This document shows, one piece after another, positions 37,594 to 48,922 of a DNA stretch of 64,000 bases. Below the pieces are notes generated by a model. That model had not been told where the DNA came from. It ran no database searches and saw nothing but the letters and a program-made list of their open reading frames with translations. How positions within the stretch are numbered: the first letter of the stretch is position 1; the number at the start of each line of letters is the position of its first letter. This DNA is from a virus. The stretch spans positions 36,285 to 100,284 of the IMG/VR virus record IMGVR_UViG_3300035670_000083. One strand, given 5' to 3'. Both the position numbers and the translations under genes were made by a program.

Positions 37594-38117
37594 TCTTCTA
37601 AGTCTCCATCATAACCTTCATCATTATTTATTTCAAAGCATATTCTTAGTGTTTCTAGATCCATGCCGAAGGTAACATCTAAGCAATTTGAAAATTCCTT
37701 CAATCTTGGTGTGGTTTTATTTAAAAGAACTGAGAAAAGTTCAACTATTTTCTTTTGTGCTCTAATTGAATCATCTATTGCTAATTTTGCTTTTTCCAAT
37801 TTTGATATTTGATATTCTATATTTGGTATAGTATCTGGATAACCTTCATCATTTATTGATTCAGGTGAATCATAATCTGGAATTATATCCATTAGATAGT
37901 TATAAGAGAATGAGATATCCTCAGGGTAAATATCTAAGTTTAAAGGTGGTAAATTAACATGACAATCAAAAAATGGATCTTCTTCATTTGAATAGTCATG
38001 AAATGATAATTCAATATTTGAAAATTGATCTTCAATATCTACTTCTAAAATTAATTTAAAATCTTCGAAATCTAACTCTTGAGATATATTTTCATTGAAT
38101 TTTTTCAAATGTTTCAT
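37590..38117 (-). CDS. acidic hypothetical with capsid-targeting-like N-terminus
   Basis: MKHLKKFNEN. Confidence 0.75.
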   Translation of the reverse strand: MKHLKKFNENISQELDFEDFKLILEVDIEDQFSNIELSFHDYSNEEDPFFDCHVNLPPLNLDIYPEDISFSYNYLMDIIPDYDSPESINDEGYPDTIPNIEYQISKLEKAKLAIDDSIRAQKKIVELFSVLLNKTTPRLKEFSNCLDVTFGMDLETLRICFEINNDEGYDGDLED

Positions 38118-38380
38118 AGTTTTATCAATTTAATTTTTAAGTCACCATTTCCTTTAATTAGTCTATGATAAACTCCTTTTGGTATATATATTTTTTCTTT
38201 TATCAATTTTGGCAATTCATTATCAAGTTGAATTCTCCAATTTGTTTCACCGATTGGTGATATTATACGATCTTCTTTATCGCGATGCCACATAAAATCA
38301 ACTGAGTCGGTTTCATGTTTGAATACTCTTATGAATTCATTTCCTTTAATATGTTCTTCTTCGAATGGTAGTTTCATCAT
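38114..38380 (-). CDS. small cupin-like protein
   Basis: WHRDKEDR...IPKGVYHRLIKG. Confidence 0.65.
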   Translation of the reverse strand: MMKLPFEEEHIKGNEFIRVFKHETDSVDFMWHRDKEDRIISPIGETNWRIQLDNELPKLIKEKIYIPKGVYHRLIKGNGDLKIKLIKL

Positions 38381-38847
38381 ATAAGTTCTTTATTGAAGTC
38401 ATGATCGTATAGTTTACTAAAATCACTATCTGTTGCTATTAGTGCTGGACTACCTTCCATTTCGGCATAAAAAACATTTATTTGTTCTTTTGTACCATCA
38501 GGATTGGTTTTTATTAACCAAGTTTTAGCAATTCTTGATTCATTCGGAAACTCAAGTTTATTAGAAAATAATTTCCATGGTGTTTTAGCCAATCCAAAAA
38601 GGATATTTCGTTTGGATTGATCTAACATCTTTACTGCTTCAGTTCCATCTTCAGGAGTTATAAAGTAATATTTGCCTCTCAATCTTGGTGTGTATTCGTG
38701 TATTGCTTGTGATACATCTGCTCCGGCATCACCAAATTCTTTATCTATTTTCCAAAGGCTCCTTAACTCAGGCATTTTTGCTCTTGGGTATAATCCACGT
38801 ACTTTCAATTCTTCGTTTAGAAATGTATTAAAATTTAATATTTTCAT
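38377..38847 (-). CDS. hypothetical with capsid-targeting-like N-terminus
   Basis: MKILNFNTFLNEE. Confidence 0.7.
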   Translation of the reverse strand: MKILNFNTFLNEELKVRGLYPRAKMPELRSLWKIDKEFGDAGADVSQAIHEYTPRLRGKYYFITPEDGTEAVKMLDQSKRNILFGLAKTPWKLFSNKLEFPNESRIAKTWLIKTNPDGTKEQINVFYAEMEGSPALIATDSDFSKLYDHDFNKELI

Positions 38848-38865
38848 TTTTAACTTTTTTTTTAT

Positions 38866-39540
38866 TTACCAGTAGCCGGGATAGGTACGTCCGCCAAATA
38901 AATGCGCAAATTTATTCAAGCGACACGCCCAGTACCCTGGTTTTGTTTTATCTTTCTTTAAGTGACATTTATGGCGGGCGGCAAATTTCTTTCTAGCTTC
39001 TGGATCTGAAACTTTAGCAGATAGTCCACCTTTAACATCACCAAAGGTTACTTTTTTGATATTCTTGGTTTTTGGATCTCTTACATATACATAATACTTT
39101 TTACCACTTCCAGTATTTCTTTTGGGGTAGTTTAATTTTACTTTTTTCCCCTTATACTCAGCGGATTCTAATAAACTTTCAATATTTTCAAATGGTATAT
39201 CCAAAGGAACCATTTTACCTTCATACATTGCAAACTCACCTAAATCTGTATTTTCGAATATATTTTTATCATCTTCTGATAATAATTCTGTGAAATTTTT
39301 TGCTTCTGATATCAATTCAAGGAAAGCTTCAGATCCTGGTCTGAAAACATTATCTAAAATTGATATTTTATTTTCTAAGTGAAACTTTAGATTTTCCGAA
39401 GGATTGAATCCGAATTCAGAGAATTTCTTAATACTTTTTATTTGTTTTTCAATTTCTTTTTCATCTGTTTTTACCACAGGTGTATATGAAGTCAGATCAT
39501 TGAAATCTTCTATATTAAATGTTTTTTCATTTTCTTTCAC
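38866..39540 (-). CDS. conserved T4-like phage hypothetical
   Basis: KKYYVYV..KKVTFGD..ARHKC..YWAC C-terminal domain. Confidence 0.7.
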   Translation of the reverse strand: MKENEKTFNIEDFNDLTSYTPVVKTDEKEIEKQIKSIKKFSEFGFNPSENLKFHLENKISILDNVFRPGSEAFLELISEAKNFTELLSEDDKNIFENTDLGEFAMYEGKMVPLDIPFENIESLLESAEYKGKKVKLNYPKRNTGSGKKYYVYVRDPKTKNIKKVTFGDVKGGLSAKVSDPEARKKFAARHKCHLKKDKTKPGYWACRLNKFAHLFGGRTYPGYW

Positions 39541-40876
39541 GTTTGATCAAGTAATTTTTTATAAGAAGTTTCCAGGCTTCTTCTTTTTCGCCTCCAATTT
39601 CAATTATTTCATCATTACCTGCTCTTAAATTTATAGAGTGTATCAAAGTTCTGATATTTAGATCGAATTTGACTGGAAATGTTTCTGTAACATAAATCAG
39701 ATAATTTAAAGCCTCATTCTTAATATCATCATCAAGTTCTGGTGATATTTTCTTCATTATTTGCCTCATTCTATCATAAAGTTCTGATTTTGATAGATTC
39801 ACATCTACGTGTAAAGATCTTGAGAGAATAGCTTTATCGAATTTAGATTCAGGTAAATTAGATATAAAAATTATTTGTCCTTTGAATTGGAATTTATTTG
39901 GCAATTTACTTGGATCCTCTTCATACTTTTGTTGTATTTCTTCATCTGACATTCCAAATGAGTCAAATGTATTTCCTTTGGTATGTTTAGCAATTTCTCT
40001 TACTTTATAAGTATCTAATGCTCCTTTCAATATATTAACAGAGTTAATTTCCGAGAAAACAGCATCACAATCATCAAAAATTATCAATTTATTTCTATGT
40101 TTAAATAAAATTTCATACAATCCAGCAGTAGTGATTGTTCCAGTTGATGTGTAATAATCAGCATTTTCTATGAAATGTATATTAGTTAATGTTTCTTTCA
40201 CGGTTGCTGTTTTACCTACACCAGCTTGTCCAGATATTATCAAAGAATTACTTCTTTTGTAAGCTACTTGTTTTGTATAAAGTTCAATAGATTTAAAAAT
40301 GTCTAATTGTAAATTTTTCATTTTTATATCATCACTTTCAAGTTTTCTAGATTCGTCTGATGCGATTGCTGCTCTTAATCTATCAATTTGTGTTTTGATT
40401 TTTTCTTGGCTTGATGGTTTTCTGGACCTACTCAATTTTAATTCAAGTTCTTTTAACCTTTCATCACTATCATTTTCCTGTAATACTTCTTGTTTGGATA
40501 ATTCTATGAATGATTCAGGATTTTTAAAGAATTCTACAATTTGTGGAAGTGATTTAACAACGGAATTCTCTTCTAAAAAAAGCGTATAATTTGGATTTGA
40601 TTCAAATGTAAATTCATTCCATAAATCAATTGAGTGTATCTCACTTCTTAAATCATTTTCTAACCAATTTAATCTAATAGCAGTATTCTCAAATAAACTT
40701 AAAAAAAGTTGTCCATTAAGTATTACATCATATTTTTTTATTTCGAATATTTCATGATAAGGATAAAATTGAACACCAATATTTCTTTCTAAGTAATATA
40801 TTATTTTTCCTATTGCTTTTTCTTTATCAGAACTTTTGAAGGCTTCTAAAAACATTTCATACTTTTTATAGATCAT
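39527..40876 (-). CDS. AAA+ ATPase
   Basis: Walker A GQAGVGKT, Walker B IIFDDCD, FISN, arginine finger SR; starts MIYKKYEMFLE. Confidence 0.85.
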   Translation of the reverse strand: MIYKKYEMFLEAFKSSDKEKAIGKIIYYLERNIGVQFYPYHEIFEIKKYDVILNGQLFLSLFENTAIRLNWLENDLRSEIHSIDLWNEFTFESNPNYTLFLEENSVVKSLPQIVEFFKNPESFIELSKQEVLQENDSDERLKELELKLSRSRKPSSQEKIKTQIDRLRAAIASDESRKLESDDIKMKNLQLDIFKSIELYTKQVAYKRSNSLIISGQAGVGKTATVKETLTNIHFIENADYYTSTGTITTAGLYEILFKHRNKLIIFDDCDAVFSEINSVNILKGALDTYKVREIAKHTKGNTFDSFGMSDEEIQQKYEEDPSKLPNKFQFKGQIIFISNLPESKFDKAILSRSLHVDVNLSKSELYDRMRQIMKKISPELDDDIKNEALNYLIYVTETFPVKFDLNIRTLIHSINLRAGNDEIIEIGGEKEEAWKLLIKNYLIKRERK

Positions 40877-40963
40877 AATAAAATTAGTTATTTGTCTTAT
40901 ATATTAAGTTAATAACCGAGAAACTTTAATTTTATATATAATTGAAACTCTAATAATAACTGA

Positions 40964-43900
40964 ATGGATAATCTTGTTTTTTACGACAAAGAAGGCAATT
41001 ACTTGAATTTTAATTGGAATCAAACACTTGAAAGATACGAAGGAGATATTTTATTTCACGAAAATTCAAATGATACTTTTAAAACACAAGCTCTTTATAC
41101 TTTTGAGAAAATACCTTCTTTTGAATATGAAGACCAAAATTCATTGACATTAAGAAGATGGCAATTATTCAATGAGTTTGGGTTTCATTTTTATAACTCA
41201 GAATATGTTGATCAGAAAATCACTTTAATAGAACCAACAAATAATAGAAATGATTATTTCTCAAAGTGGATTTATGGTGATAATTTTCACGAGAAGTTTC
41301 CAAATGGAACTCTTATAAGATTCAATCAATCTATTTTTGAATTCACGAATTCTGATAGACTTTATACAGTTGTTTCTTCAAAAAGAGATGCTATATTGAT
41401 AATCTCAACTACTGATAATCAAACATTTAATTCAACTTACCCATTTTTTTCAACTTATCCTTATGGAAATGAAACAATATCTTCAGTTGATGTAATAGGT
41501 ATTTATGATTATGTTAATTCATCAACATTGACTTCAAATTTATCTAATTGGAATGAAAGAGATTTTTTCAATAGACTTTATAAAGAAAGAAAATTAAATA
41601 TTGTAAATTCATTTAATAATGATAATTATCAAATAACAGATAACCAAGTACCTAAAAGGTATATAGATGCTGAAGTAGTTTCTGTTAAAAATGAGAATAT
41701 ACAAGACCTAAGACACTTTGAATGGAGAGGAACAAACCTTCCATTAAATAATGAATTAAACATATCAGTTAAATTACTTACCGACTTACCTGTTATTTAT
41801 ACTGGGATTGTTGAGTTTTATGATTCATTAACACCATTAAATATAGGTGGTTTCAATTATCAGAATGTTATAAGGTTTGGATCAGGAGTTCCAGAAATAC
41901 TTTTACCTGGAGTTCAATTCAATGTTAGAAATACTGCTTTGAACCAACAAAATTATACAGTATCAAGTATTCCTCAATTTTTAGGAAATGCTAATTTGAT
42001 AACTTACAACGAGGGTGTTCAAGTTATTTGGGATAATCGAATTTATCAATGTATTCAAACACATGATTGGGTTTTGAATGCGGTTGATGTTGATTTAACA
42101 CTTCCTAGTCCAAGAACAAATGCTAATCCTGATAATACTGTTTTTTGGTCACCTAATCCAAGTTATGTCCCAGTAAATTCAAATACAACATCAGAAGGTC
42201 CTTTAAATACTGATGTTTATTTGACAAGTGATGTATTTATATTTACTCAATCTTTTACACAATCTTCAGAAATAACTTTAGCATTGGCAGTGGATAGATT
42301 TTCAGAAAGATTATCATCATTGAATATAGATCTTATGTATGAAAATGGAACAATAAGAGCTGATTTGATTTATCCAAGTCAATATGCTTTAGTCAATTTC
42401 ACTGGTTTTGATACTTCGGTTTCGCCGCCAGTATCGACTAATATTACTTCACAAACTAATGTATGGGAAAGAGCAATTGAAGTTGAAGAGAATTTAAATT
42501 TAGAGTATAATTATGATTTTTCAGAAAACTTTGAATATAATTTAGTTTTCACAGACATAGATGAGTTTGGTATTGTTATAACAATAAATGGTGAAAGGTA
42601 TGATGAGGACGTTGAGTTTGTTTTTTCTTCTGGACAGGTTGATATGGAAAGAACAATACATCAAACTCTTATAAATTGGTATCAATCTTGGGCTCCTCAG
42701 CTTGTTTCTTTAGGTATTTTTGTTAGCTTACAAACAATTGATATAATTTCGTTATATTTTAATTCAATTAAATTGGAAACTGAGTATCCGAATATACCAC
42801 TTGATTTTAAAGTTCAAGTTGGAATAACTGCTGATTTTTATATTCAGAATAAAAGACTTCAATTTTATGAGCCTTCTCAGTTGGCTTCAACAATTCCTGG
42901 TTATGCAGGAGCTTCATTCAGTTTAGGAAATTATATTAATATAGTTGTTAATAATCGTTCATATGGTATAACACATTCTTTACCTGATCCTATTTCATCA
43001 CTATCAACAACTCTGGATAATTGGGTTACTACTTATAGTGATATATTGGATGATTTTGGAATTTATGTTGAGAACAATGCTTCATCAATTGAATTCAGAA
43101 CTAAATCACAAACACAAAGATGTGATATAGAAGTAAGAGTCGGTTCTTCTGTTTTGCCAGGAGATAAAAGTTATGAGATAATAAACCTTCAACCAGGAAA
43201 TCACGGAACTCTTTTAACCTCTAATGAGATATTATTGGGAACATTTTCAAGTGCTACTCAATCATTAGAAGGAGCTGGTTTTGCAACTGGTATGATTACA
43301 GGAATAAATGGAACTTTTTACCCTCTACAGAATGTAGAGTATAATATTCTTTATTTAGAACCACAGATTATTAATTTAAGTTATGAAGGTCCTTTCTGGG
43401 GATTGACATCAGGAGTTTGTTTGAATTCACCATTTACTGTTTTAGCTTTTAATTCTGGATTCCAAAAATCTATTTGTGCAACTTCATCACAAGGAGGACA
43501 ATTTAATCAATTCCAATTTAACAGTTCTTTTAATATACAATCACAAAGTACAACATATTCTACTAATTTTATCAATGGTTTAGCTAATATGGTTGATTTG
43601 GTTTGGGTTCCACCGACAAACTCAATTTTTGTCTTAGGTTCTTCTTCAACAACAGGAGATGTATTTGTTTATGATTCAATAACATCAAATCAGATTGTTG
43701 ATTTGAATCTTCCTAATAACTCTCAGCCTTTGAAGATTATTTATAACTGGGTTGATAATTATGTTTGGGCTTTATCTGTTAATCATCTTTGGCAAATTGA
43801 TCCTTATTCTAATAGTGTGATTCAATCATTTCCAATTACCTCTAATGCCTTTAGCTTGGACTTCAATAGAAATAATGGAGAAGTTTGGGTAACAACTAAT

Positions 43901-46831
43901 AATTCAATTCAGATTTTCAACACATCGGGATTGATAACCTCTATTTCTTATGCTCCAGGATTTTATCATCTGGTTTTTAATGATTTTGAAGGTGATTTTT
44001 ATATAAGTAGTAGAAATGGTTTGGATGTTCTTAGATATAATGGAAATACAAGAACACTTTCAAATACATATCCAATAGTTGGATTGACAGCTGATCCTTT
44101 AATTTATGAAACTATAAATGAATCTGTTTATGTTTGGGGAACAAACCTTAATAGAATCGATAATAACTTAGTTATTACTTTATTTCCGACTAGTGGAACA
44201 TTCAATGATTTTGAATTCTCTAATATAACCAATGGAATTTACTTATCTACAGATTCTGAATTCAGTTTATGGGATATCAATAATGATACATATGAATTCA
44301 ATACTACTCCAGGATATTATGGATTCCAGGCTTTGAATTTATATGATGGTGATATTTATATTTCTAACCAAGATCCTGTTAATCCTGGAATTTACACATT
44401 AGGTTCACAAAATGGAAGTTTGAATAATGTTGTATTTTTGTCAGATCCAACGACAAAGATAATTTCCAATCCAGATAGGAATTCAGTTTGGGCTATACAA
44501 CCTAATACAAATGGTATAATAGAGGTTCAACCGTTGGTTACTAATATAATTACACCAATAAGTTCAACTTTTTCTCCTATCACTGCAAATTATTTTGGAA
44601 GTTTGGATCCTAATTTTATACAAAGAAATTATCTTTGGTTACATACAAAAGATTTTTTAAGAAGACCAAGACTTAATTTCAATGGTGATGTCAGAGGAAC
44701 TTTATATTGGAAGTGGTTTTCTGATAATGTTCCTGAGTTCTTTTTGTATGATTTCTCAGGTGACTTACTAAATGAAGGAGGTGTTTTATCATATGTAGGT
44801 CCTAAACCACTACCTAAGGTACATTTGAATAGAAATCCGAATAGAGATATTGATAAGGTTAATTTACCAGAGTATCAACAAACTATATTTCCGATTGTTT
44901 ATGAGGAATTGAGTTATATTGATGATAATGATGATCTTTCTATTGTTCCTGAGCCAATTGAGACTTATATTGGTTTTAATTCACAATTAGAAGGTGGATT
45001 AAGAAGTATTTTACAACTTTATATAAAAGAAGATATTGATTTCACTTTGAATACTAAGTTAGACACAACTGATGTTATGACTTTTCAAACAGTTATAAAT
45101 CAGAATGGTGAAAGAATAGGCGAAATATCATTAGATGTTTTATCAAATTCTAATTTTTTCACTGATGTTAATGGTGTGACAAGAGGATTGAAAGTCGGAC
45201 AACATCTTGCAATTTTTGTGAATGATGTTTCAAATACAAAAAATCAATACATTTCACCTAATAACGGTTATTTGGTTAGAATAAAACAGATACTTTATAA
45301 AAAGATCAGAGTTGAATTCTTCAAAGAAATTGATGCTTTTTCTTTAGAGTCCAGTATTGTTCAGGATTATCCTAAATCAGGACAAGTAACCTATTTATCT
45401 GTTAGATTCAGAGTTTGGGATAAAGAAATCGGAAGATTCAATGTTTATGGACAAACTGAGATTGAGGATATAAGATATAAAATTGAATTAGGAAATGTTG
45501 GTAAATTAGTATCATCTGATGATGTTTATATTTTCAAAGAATATGATATTGAAGAAGAAGGTATAGATTGGACTTTTTTAAATAAAAAGAGAAAAGAGAT
45601 GTTGATGATGAAATCATTAATTTATCCTTATATAGGTTCTTATAAAGCAATTATAAATGCTATCAACTATTTCGGATATAATGATTTAGAGTTAAATGAA
45701 TATTACAGGAATATAAATCCTTTATCAAAGAATTATTTTAAGTTATTTAAAGTTGAGATTCCTGATATTTTTTCTCCTTATGTGGATACTTGGAATGAAA
45801 GTGATTTCTTAAAAAATACTTTTCCGAATCCAAATTATGAAGAAACCAATCTATTCAACTTGACTTATAGAATTACGGATAGACAAGGTAATAATGTTCT
45901 CAATTATACTTTAAAAGAAGTTCAGATAAAACTACAAGGTTTGAAACATTGGCTAGAGAAAAACATTATTCCGATAACACATAAGATATTGGATATAACA
46001 GGAAGAGCTGATTTTGTTGGTACTACAACAATAAGTCATATTGTAAGAGATGTTAATATTATTAAAACACATGAGGATTTTACTCCTGTTTCTTTTAAAT
46101 TAAATGAATTATATTTGATGCCAGTAAATAATGGATCAACTGTTTATAATTGTGTTCTTGATTTTTATTTAAAGGATGATAATAATCAGTTTTATCCTGG
46201 AGTTTCAAAGACATTACCAGATTATTACACAATTGATATCAGAAGTTATCAAATTTACAGAGAATGGTATCCATTCAAAAATTATCAAACTGGTGATAAA
46301 GTTGTTTATTTTAATAAATTGTATGAGTCTCAGATTGATAATAACAAAACAAATAATCCAAGAAAATATGAATCAGTAAATTCTTGGCAATCTGGAACAA
46401 TTTATTCTGTTGGTGATGTTGTTGAATACCAAAGAGATTATTATGTTTATTCTGGGTATGGATTCACTGGTTCGGGTTTAACTGGATCAGCTCCTACGGC
46501 TTCAGTTGTTAGTCCTTTATTGGATTCTGATTTTGGAACAGCTTCTTGGCTGAATATAACAGAATGGAAGCAAATTGATATGCGACCAATTCAGAAAATA
46601 ACAGAAAGAAGAAGGATTGATAATCTTTATCCGTTTAATTTTACTATAGATTCAAATATAGATCCTTATCTTGTTATAGAGGTTTCTTCAGAAAATGGTT
46701 ATGGTGGTTCTTATAGAGATAAGAATAATTATGAGATAAAAGGAATATTGGATATAAGAGAATTAGAATCTTTCAGTAATCTAACATCAAAACAATATAC
46801 TAACTTAGTAATTCCTATTGTTAATCCATAA
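40964..46831 (+). CDS. very large structural protein (baseplate wedge/tail associated)
   Basis: 1955 aa; beta-propeller-like region, CBM-like WQSGTIYSVGDVVEY, YIGSYKAIINAINYFGY. Confidence 0.65.
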   Translation: MDNLVFYDKEGNYLNFNWNQTLERYEGDILFHENSNDTFKTQALYTFEKIPSFEYEDQNSLTLRRWQLFNEFGFHFYNSEYVDQKITLIEPTNNRNDYFSKWIYGDNFHEKFPNGTLIRFNQSIFEFTNSDRLYTVVSSKRDAILIISTTDNQTFNSTYPFFSTYPYGNETISSVDVIGIYDYVNSSTLTSNLSNWNERDFFNRLYKERKLNIVNSFNNDNYQITDNQVPKRYIDAEVVSVKNENIQDLRHFEWRGTNLPLNNELNISVKLLTDLPVIYTGIVEFYDSLTPLNIGGFNYQNVIRFGSGVPEILLPGVQFNVRNTALNQQNYTVSSIPQFLGNANLITYNEGVQVIWDNRIYQCIQTHDWVLNAVDVDLTLPSPRTNANPDNTVFWSPNPSYVPVNSNTTSEGPLNTDVYLTSDVFIFTQSFTQSSEITLALAVDRFSERLSSLNIDLMYENGTIRADLIYPSQYALVNFTGFDTSVSPPVSTNITSQTNVWERAIEVEENLNLEYNYDFSENFEYNLVFTDIDEFGIVITINGERYDEDVEFVFSSGQVDMERTIHQTLINWYQSWAPQLVSLGIFVSLQTIDIISLYFNSIKLETEYPNIPLDFKVQVGITADFYIQNKRLQFYEPSQLASTIPGYAGASFSLGNYINIVVNNRSYGITHSLPDPISSLSTTLDNWVTTYSDILDDFGIYVENNASSIEFRTKSQTQRCDIEVRVGSSVLPGDKSYEIINLQPGNHGTLLTSNEILLGTFSSATQSLEGAGFATGMITGINGTFYPLQNVEYNILYLEPQIINLSYEGPFWGLTSGVCLNSPFTVLAFNSGFQKSICATSSQGGQFNQFQFNSSFNIQSQSTTYSTNFINGLANMVDLVWVPPTNSIFVLGSSSTTGDVFVYDSITSNQIVDLNLPNNSQPLKIIYNWVDNYVWALSVNHLWQIDPYSNSVIQSFPITSNAFSLDFNRNNGEVWVTTNNSIQIFNTSGLITSISYAPGFYHLVFNDFEGDFYISSRNGLDVLRYNGNTRTLSNTYPIVGLTADPLIYETINESVYVWGTNLNRIDNNLVITLFPTSGTFNDFEFSNITNGIYLSTDSEFSLWDINNDTYEFNTTPGYYGFQALNLYDGDIYISNQDPVNPGIYTLGSQNGSLNNVVFLSDPTTKIISNPDRNSVWAIQPNTNGIIEVQPLVTNIITPISSTFSPITANYFGSLDPNFIQRNYLWLHTKDFLRRPRLNFNGDVRGTLYWKWFSDNVPEFFLYDFSGDLLNEGGVLSYVGPKPLPKVHLNRNPNRDIDKVNLPEYQQTIFPIVYEELSYIDDNDDLSIVPEPIETYIGFNSQLEGGLRSILQLYIKEDIDFTLNTKLDTTDVMTFQTVINQNGERIGEISLDVLSNSNFFTDVNGVTRGLKVGQHLAIFVNDVSNTKNQYISPNNGYLVRIKQILYKKIRVEFFKEIDAFSLESSIVQDYPKSGQVTYLSVRFRVWDKEIGRFNVYGQTEIEDIRYKIELGNVGKLVSSDDVYIFKEYDIEEEGIDWTFLNKKRKEMLMMKSLIYPYIGSYKAIINAINYFGYNDLELNEYYRNINPLSKNYFKLFKVEIPDIFSPYVDTWNESDFLKNTFPNPNYEETNLFNLTYRITDRQGNNVLNYTLKEVQIKLQGLKHWLEKNIIPITHKILDITGRADFVGTTTISHIVRDVNIIKTHEDFTPVSFKLNELYLMPVNNGSTVYNCVLDFYLKDDNNQFYPGVSKTLPDYYTIDIRSYQIYREWYPFKNYQTGDKVVYFNKLYESQIDNNKTNNPRKYESVNSWQSGTIYSVGDVVEYQRDYYVYSGYGFTGSGLTGSAPTASVVSPLLDSDFGTASWLNITEWKQIDMRPIQKITERRRIDNLYPFNFTIDSNIDPYLVIEVSSENGYGGSYRDKNNYEIKGILDIRELESFSNLTSKQYTNLVIPIVNP

Positions 46832-46862
46832 TATATATTAGTAAAAAATAAATATTAGTTAT

Positions 46863-47138
46863 ATGAAATATTTGAGAAAATACAATGAAGAGTTTATGGA
46901 TTTCTTTAAGAAAAAGAAAAGGAAGGAGAGTAGTTACGATTTTAATCATAGAAGTGAAGAATATCGAGGATTTAAATTGAATCAGTCAACCTTTCCAGAA
47001 GATTGGAAGTATGATCCTGAGTGGGCAGGTAAAACAAGATATCAGATATGGACTATACCATCTGATATTGGACCTGCGTATGAGGGTGAGGGTGATATAG
47101 AAGCAGCAAAGAAATTTTTAGATAGTGAATTAAAATAA
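46863..47138 (+). CDS. small hypothetical with capsid-targeting-like N-terminus
   Basis: MKYLRKYNEEFMDFFKKKK, similar to the start of 26954. Confidence 0.7.
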   Translation: MKYLRKYNEEFMDFFKKKKRKESSYDFNHRSEEYRGFKLNQSTFPEDWKYDPEWAGKTRYQIWTIPSDIGPAYEGEGDIEAAKKFLDSELK

Positions 47139-47139
47139 T

Positions 47140-47517
47140 TTAATCAATTAAAGCATAAACTTCATAATCAGCTAATTTGAATTCAACAACCATAACATCT
47201 TGGTATCTTTCTGGATCTTCTTCAAATGTTACATCTAATTGATAATTAACATCTTTAAGTTCTGGTATGTATTCGTTTATTTGATCAATTATAATTGATC
47301 TAACCGCGGGTGCTGATATCTTAGTTTCGTAAAGTAATCTTTCAAGATCTGCTCCGAAATTCGGATCACCAAGTAATTCACCTTTGTTAGTGAAAATTAA
47401 CATTTCATACTTTTGTATGATAACTCTTATCAGATCATCAGTAATTATCTTATTCACTGTGAACTTAGGATGTCCTTCATATCCTATATAAAAGTCTCTA
47501 AAATCGAATTCTGCCAT
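47140..47517 (-). CDS. baseplate wedge protein (gp25-like)
   Basis: TNKGELLGDPNFGADLERLLYE. Confidence 0.8.
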   Translation of the reverse strand: MAEFDFRDFYIGYEGHPKFTVNKIITDDLIRVIIQKYEMLIFTNKGELLGDPNFGADLERLLYETKISAPAVRSIIIDQINEYIPELKDVNYQLDVTFEEDPERYQDVMVVEFKLADYEVYALID

Positions 47518-47548
47518 GAATTATATATAAAATAATAATATATAGACT

Positions 47549-48496
47549 ATGAAAATTTTAAATTATTCTTCATTTATAAATGAGATATTCAATTATCCAA
47601 AAGAAACACCACATAAAAGTGATAAATCAATTCAATATGAAAAGGATAAATACGCAAAGTATTATGATTCTTTGAATCGTGAGTATGAATTAACTTATAA
47701 ACATTCTGATTTTCAAAAGATTTGGAAAAGGTTGGAAAAGGATTGTAAACCCTTTTTAGATGAGGTAAAAAGAACAAATTCAGATTTGATTTATAGAGGA
47801 GTTTATGGTGGACTTCAGAGTAATGAAACTTATGGAATGGATAAGAAAAAAGTTAGGAAAGATAGATATTCTAAAGATATGAATACAGATATTCAAATTT
47901 TGTTTGATAAAGAGTTTGATAGACAATTTGGTGTTAAATTAAGATCTGAATGTGTTTTTACGACTAAAGATCCTTTACAAGCAGAGGCTTATGCTAGTTA
48001 TTCACGGGAAAGAAAAAGAAAACAACCTTATTTGTTTTTTCCAATTGGTGAATATAAATACTTTTGGAATCCAGATATTGATGATCTTTACACAAAAATT
48101 GAGGATGAACCTTGGTATTACAAATGGTATTATATAAAGGAAATAGATAATATATCTGATTATGATTTAAGTTATGAGAAATCTGATTGGTTTAAGATAT
48201 ATGGTGATCCTGAGAAACAATCTGGTGGTTGGAATAATGTCGATGGTGGTGGAAAGGGGAAAAGAGTAGATGGTGAGTGGATTCCTGATGTTTCGTTTGA
48301 AGATTATGTTAAAAATTTAGTAATTGATATAGAAAAGGAAGGAAAAAGTGAAATTCAAAGAATGGTATCTGGTTATAAGCAGGTTGGATTATCAGAAATA
48401 AAACACCAAGAGATAACTTTTGACTGTAATGAATATTACTTAGTTGATGATGTTTTTCTTTATAAGATATTAAAGAAGTTAAAAAGAATGAAATAA
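47549..48496 (+). CDS. hypothetical with capsid-targeting-like N-terminus
   Basis: MKILNYSSFINE; IYRG...RSECVFTT..AY. Confidence 0.7.
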   Translation: MKILNYSSFINEIFNYPKETPHKSDKSIQYEKDKYAKYYDSLNREYELTYKHSDFQKIWKRLEKDCKPFLDEVKRTNSDLIYRGVYGGLQSNETYGMDKKKVRKDRYSKDMNTDIQILFDKEFDRQFGVKLRSECVFTTKDPLQAEAYASYSRERKRKQPYLFFPIGEYKYFWNPDIDDLYTKIEDEPWYYKWYYIKEIDNISDYDLSYEKSDWFKIYGDPEKQSGGWNNVDGGGKGKRVDGEWIPDVSFEDYVKNLVIDIEKEGKSEIQRMVSGYKQVGLSEIKHQEITFDCNEYYLVDDVFLYKILKKLKRMK

Positions 48497-48922
48497 TTCA
48501 TTCAATTTATTTTCTCTTAAAACTTGATTTAACGTCAAGTTTAAATCATCCTCAAATATAACATCATATTTATCACCAAATTCAAAAATAACTATATTAT
48601 CATCAAAGAATATCGGAAAACAATTGAATTTCTTTAAAAAGTATCTTTTAGTTATATCTTCGGATTTACAAGTAATAATATATCGATTAATAAATATCTC
48701 TTTATTTTTAAGATTTTTAATTTGATATAATATATCATTATCTAAAATTGTCATTTCTATAGAGTTGTCTCCAAACACTCTTGCCGATCTTCTTTGATGT
48801 CCAGATCTTCCAATCTTTGTATGGAAGTGTGTTCTAATATAGAAAGGATCAATTACGTATCTTACCTTGTCGTATTTGTTGGTTCTTTTATAATTTATCC
48901 CTTCGTATAAATCAAATATCAT
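48479..48922 (-). CDS. hypothetical protein
   Basis: ends LRENKLNEL. Confidence 0.6.
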   Translation of the reverse strand: MIFDLYEGINYKRTNKYDKVRYVIDPFYIRTHFHTKIGRSGHQRRSARVFGDNSIEMTILDNDILYQIKNLKNKEIFINRYIITCKSEDITKRYFLKKFNCFPIFFDDNIVIFEFGDKYDVIFEDDLNLTLNQVLRENKLNELFHSF

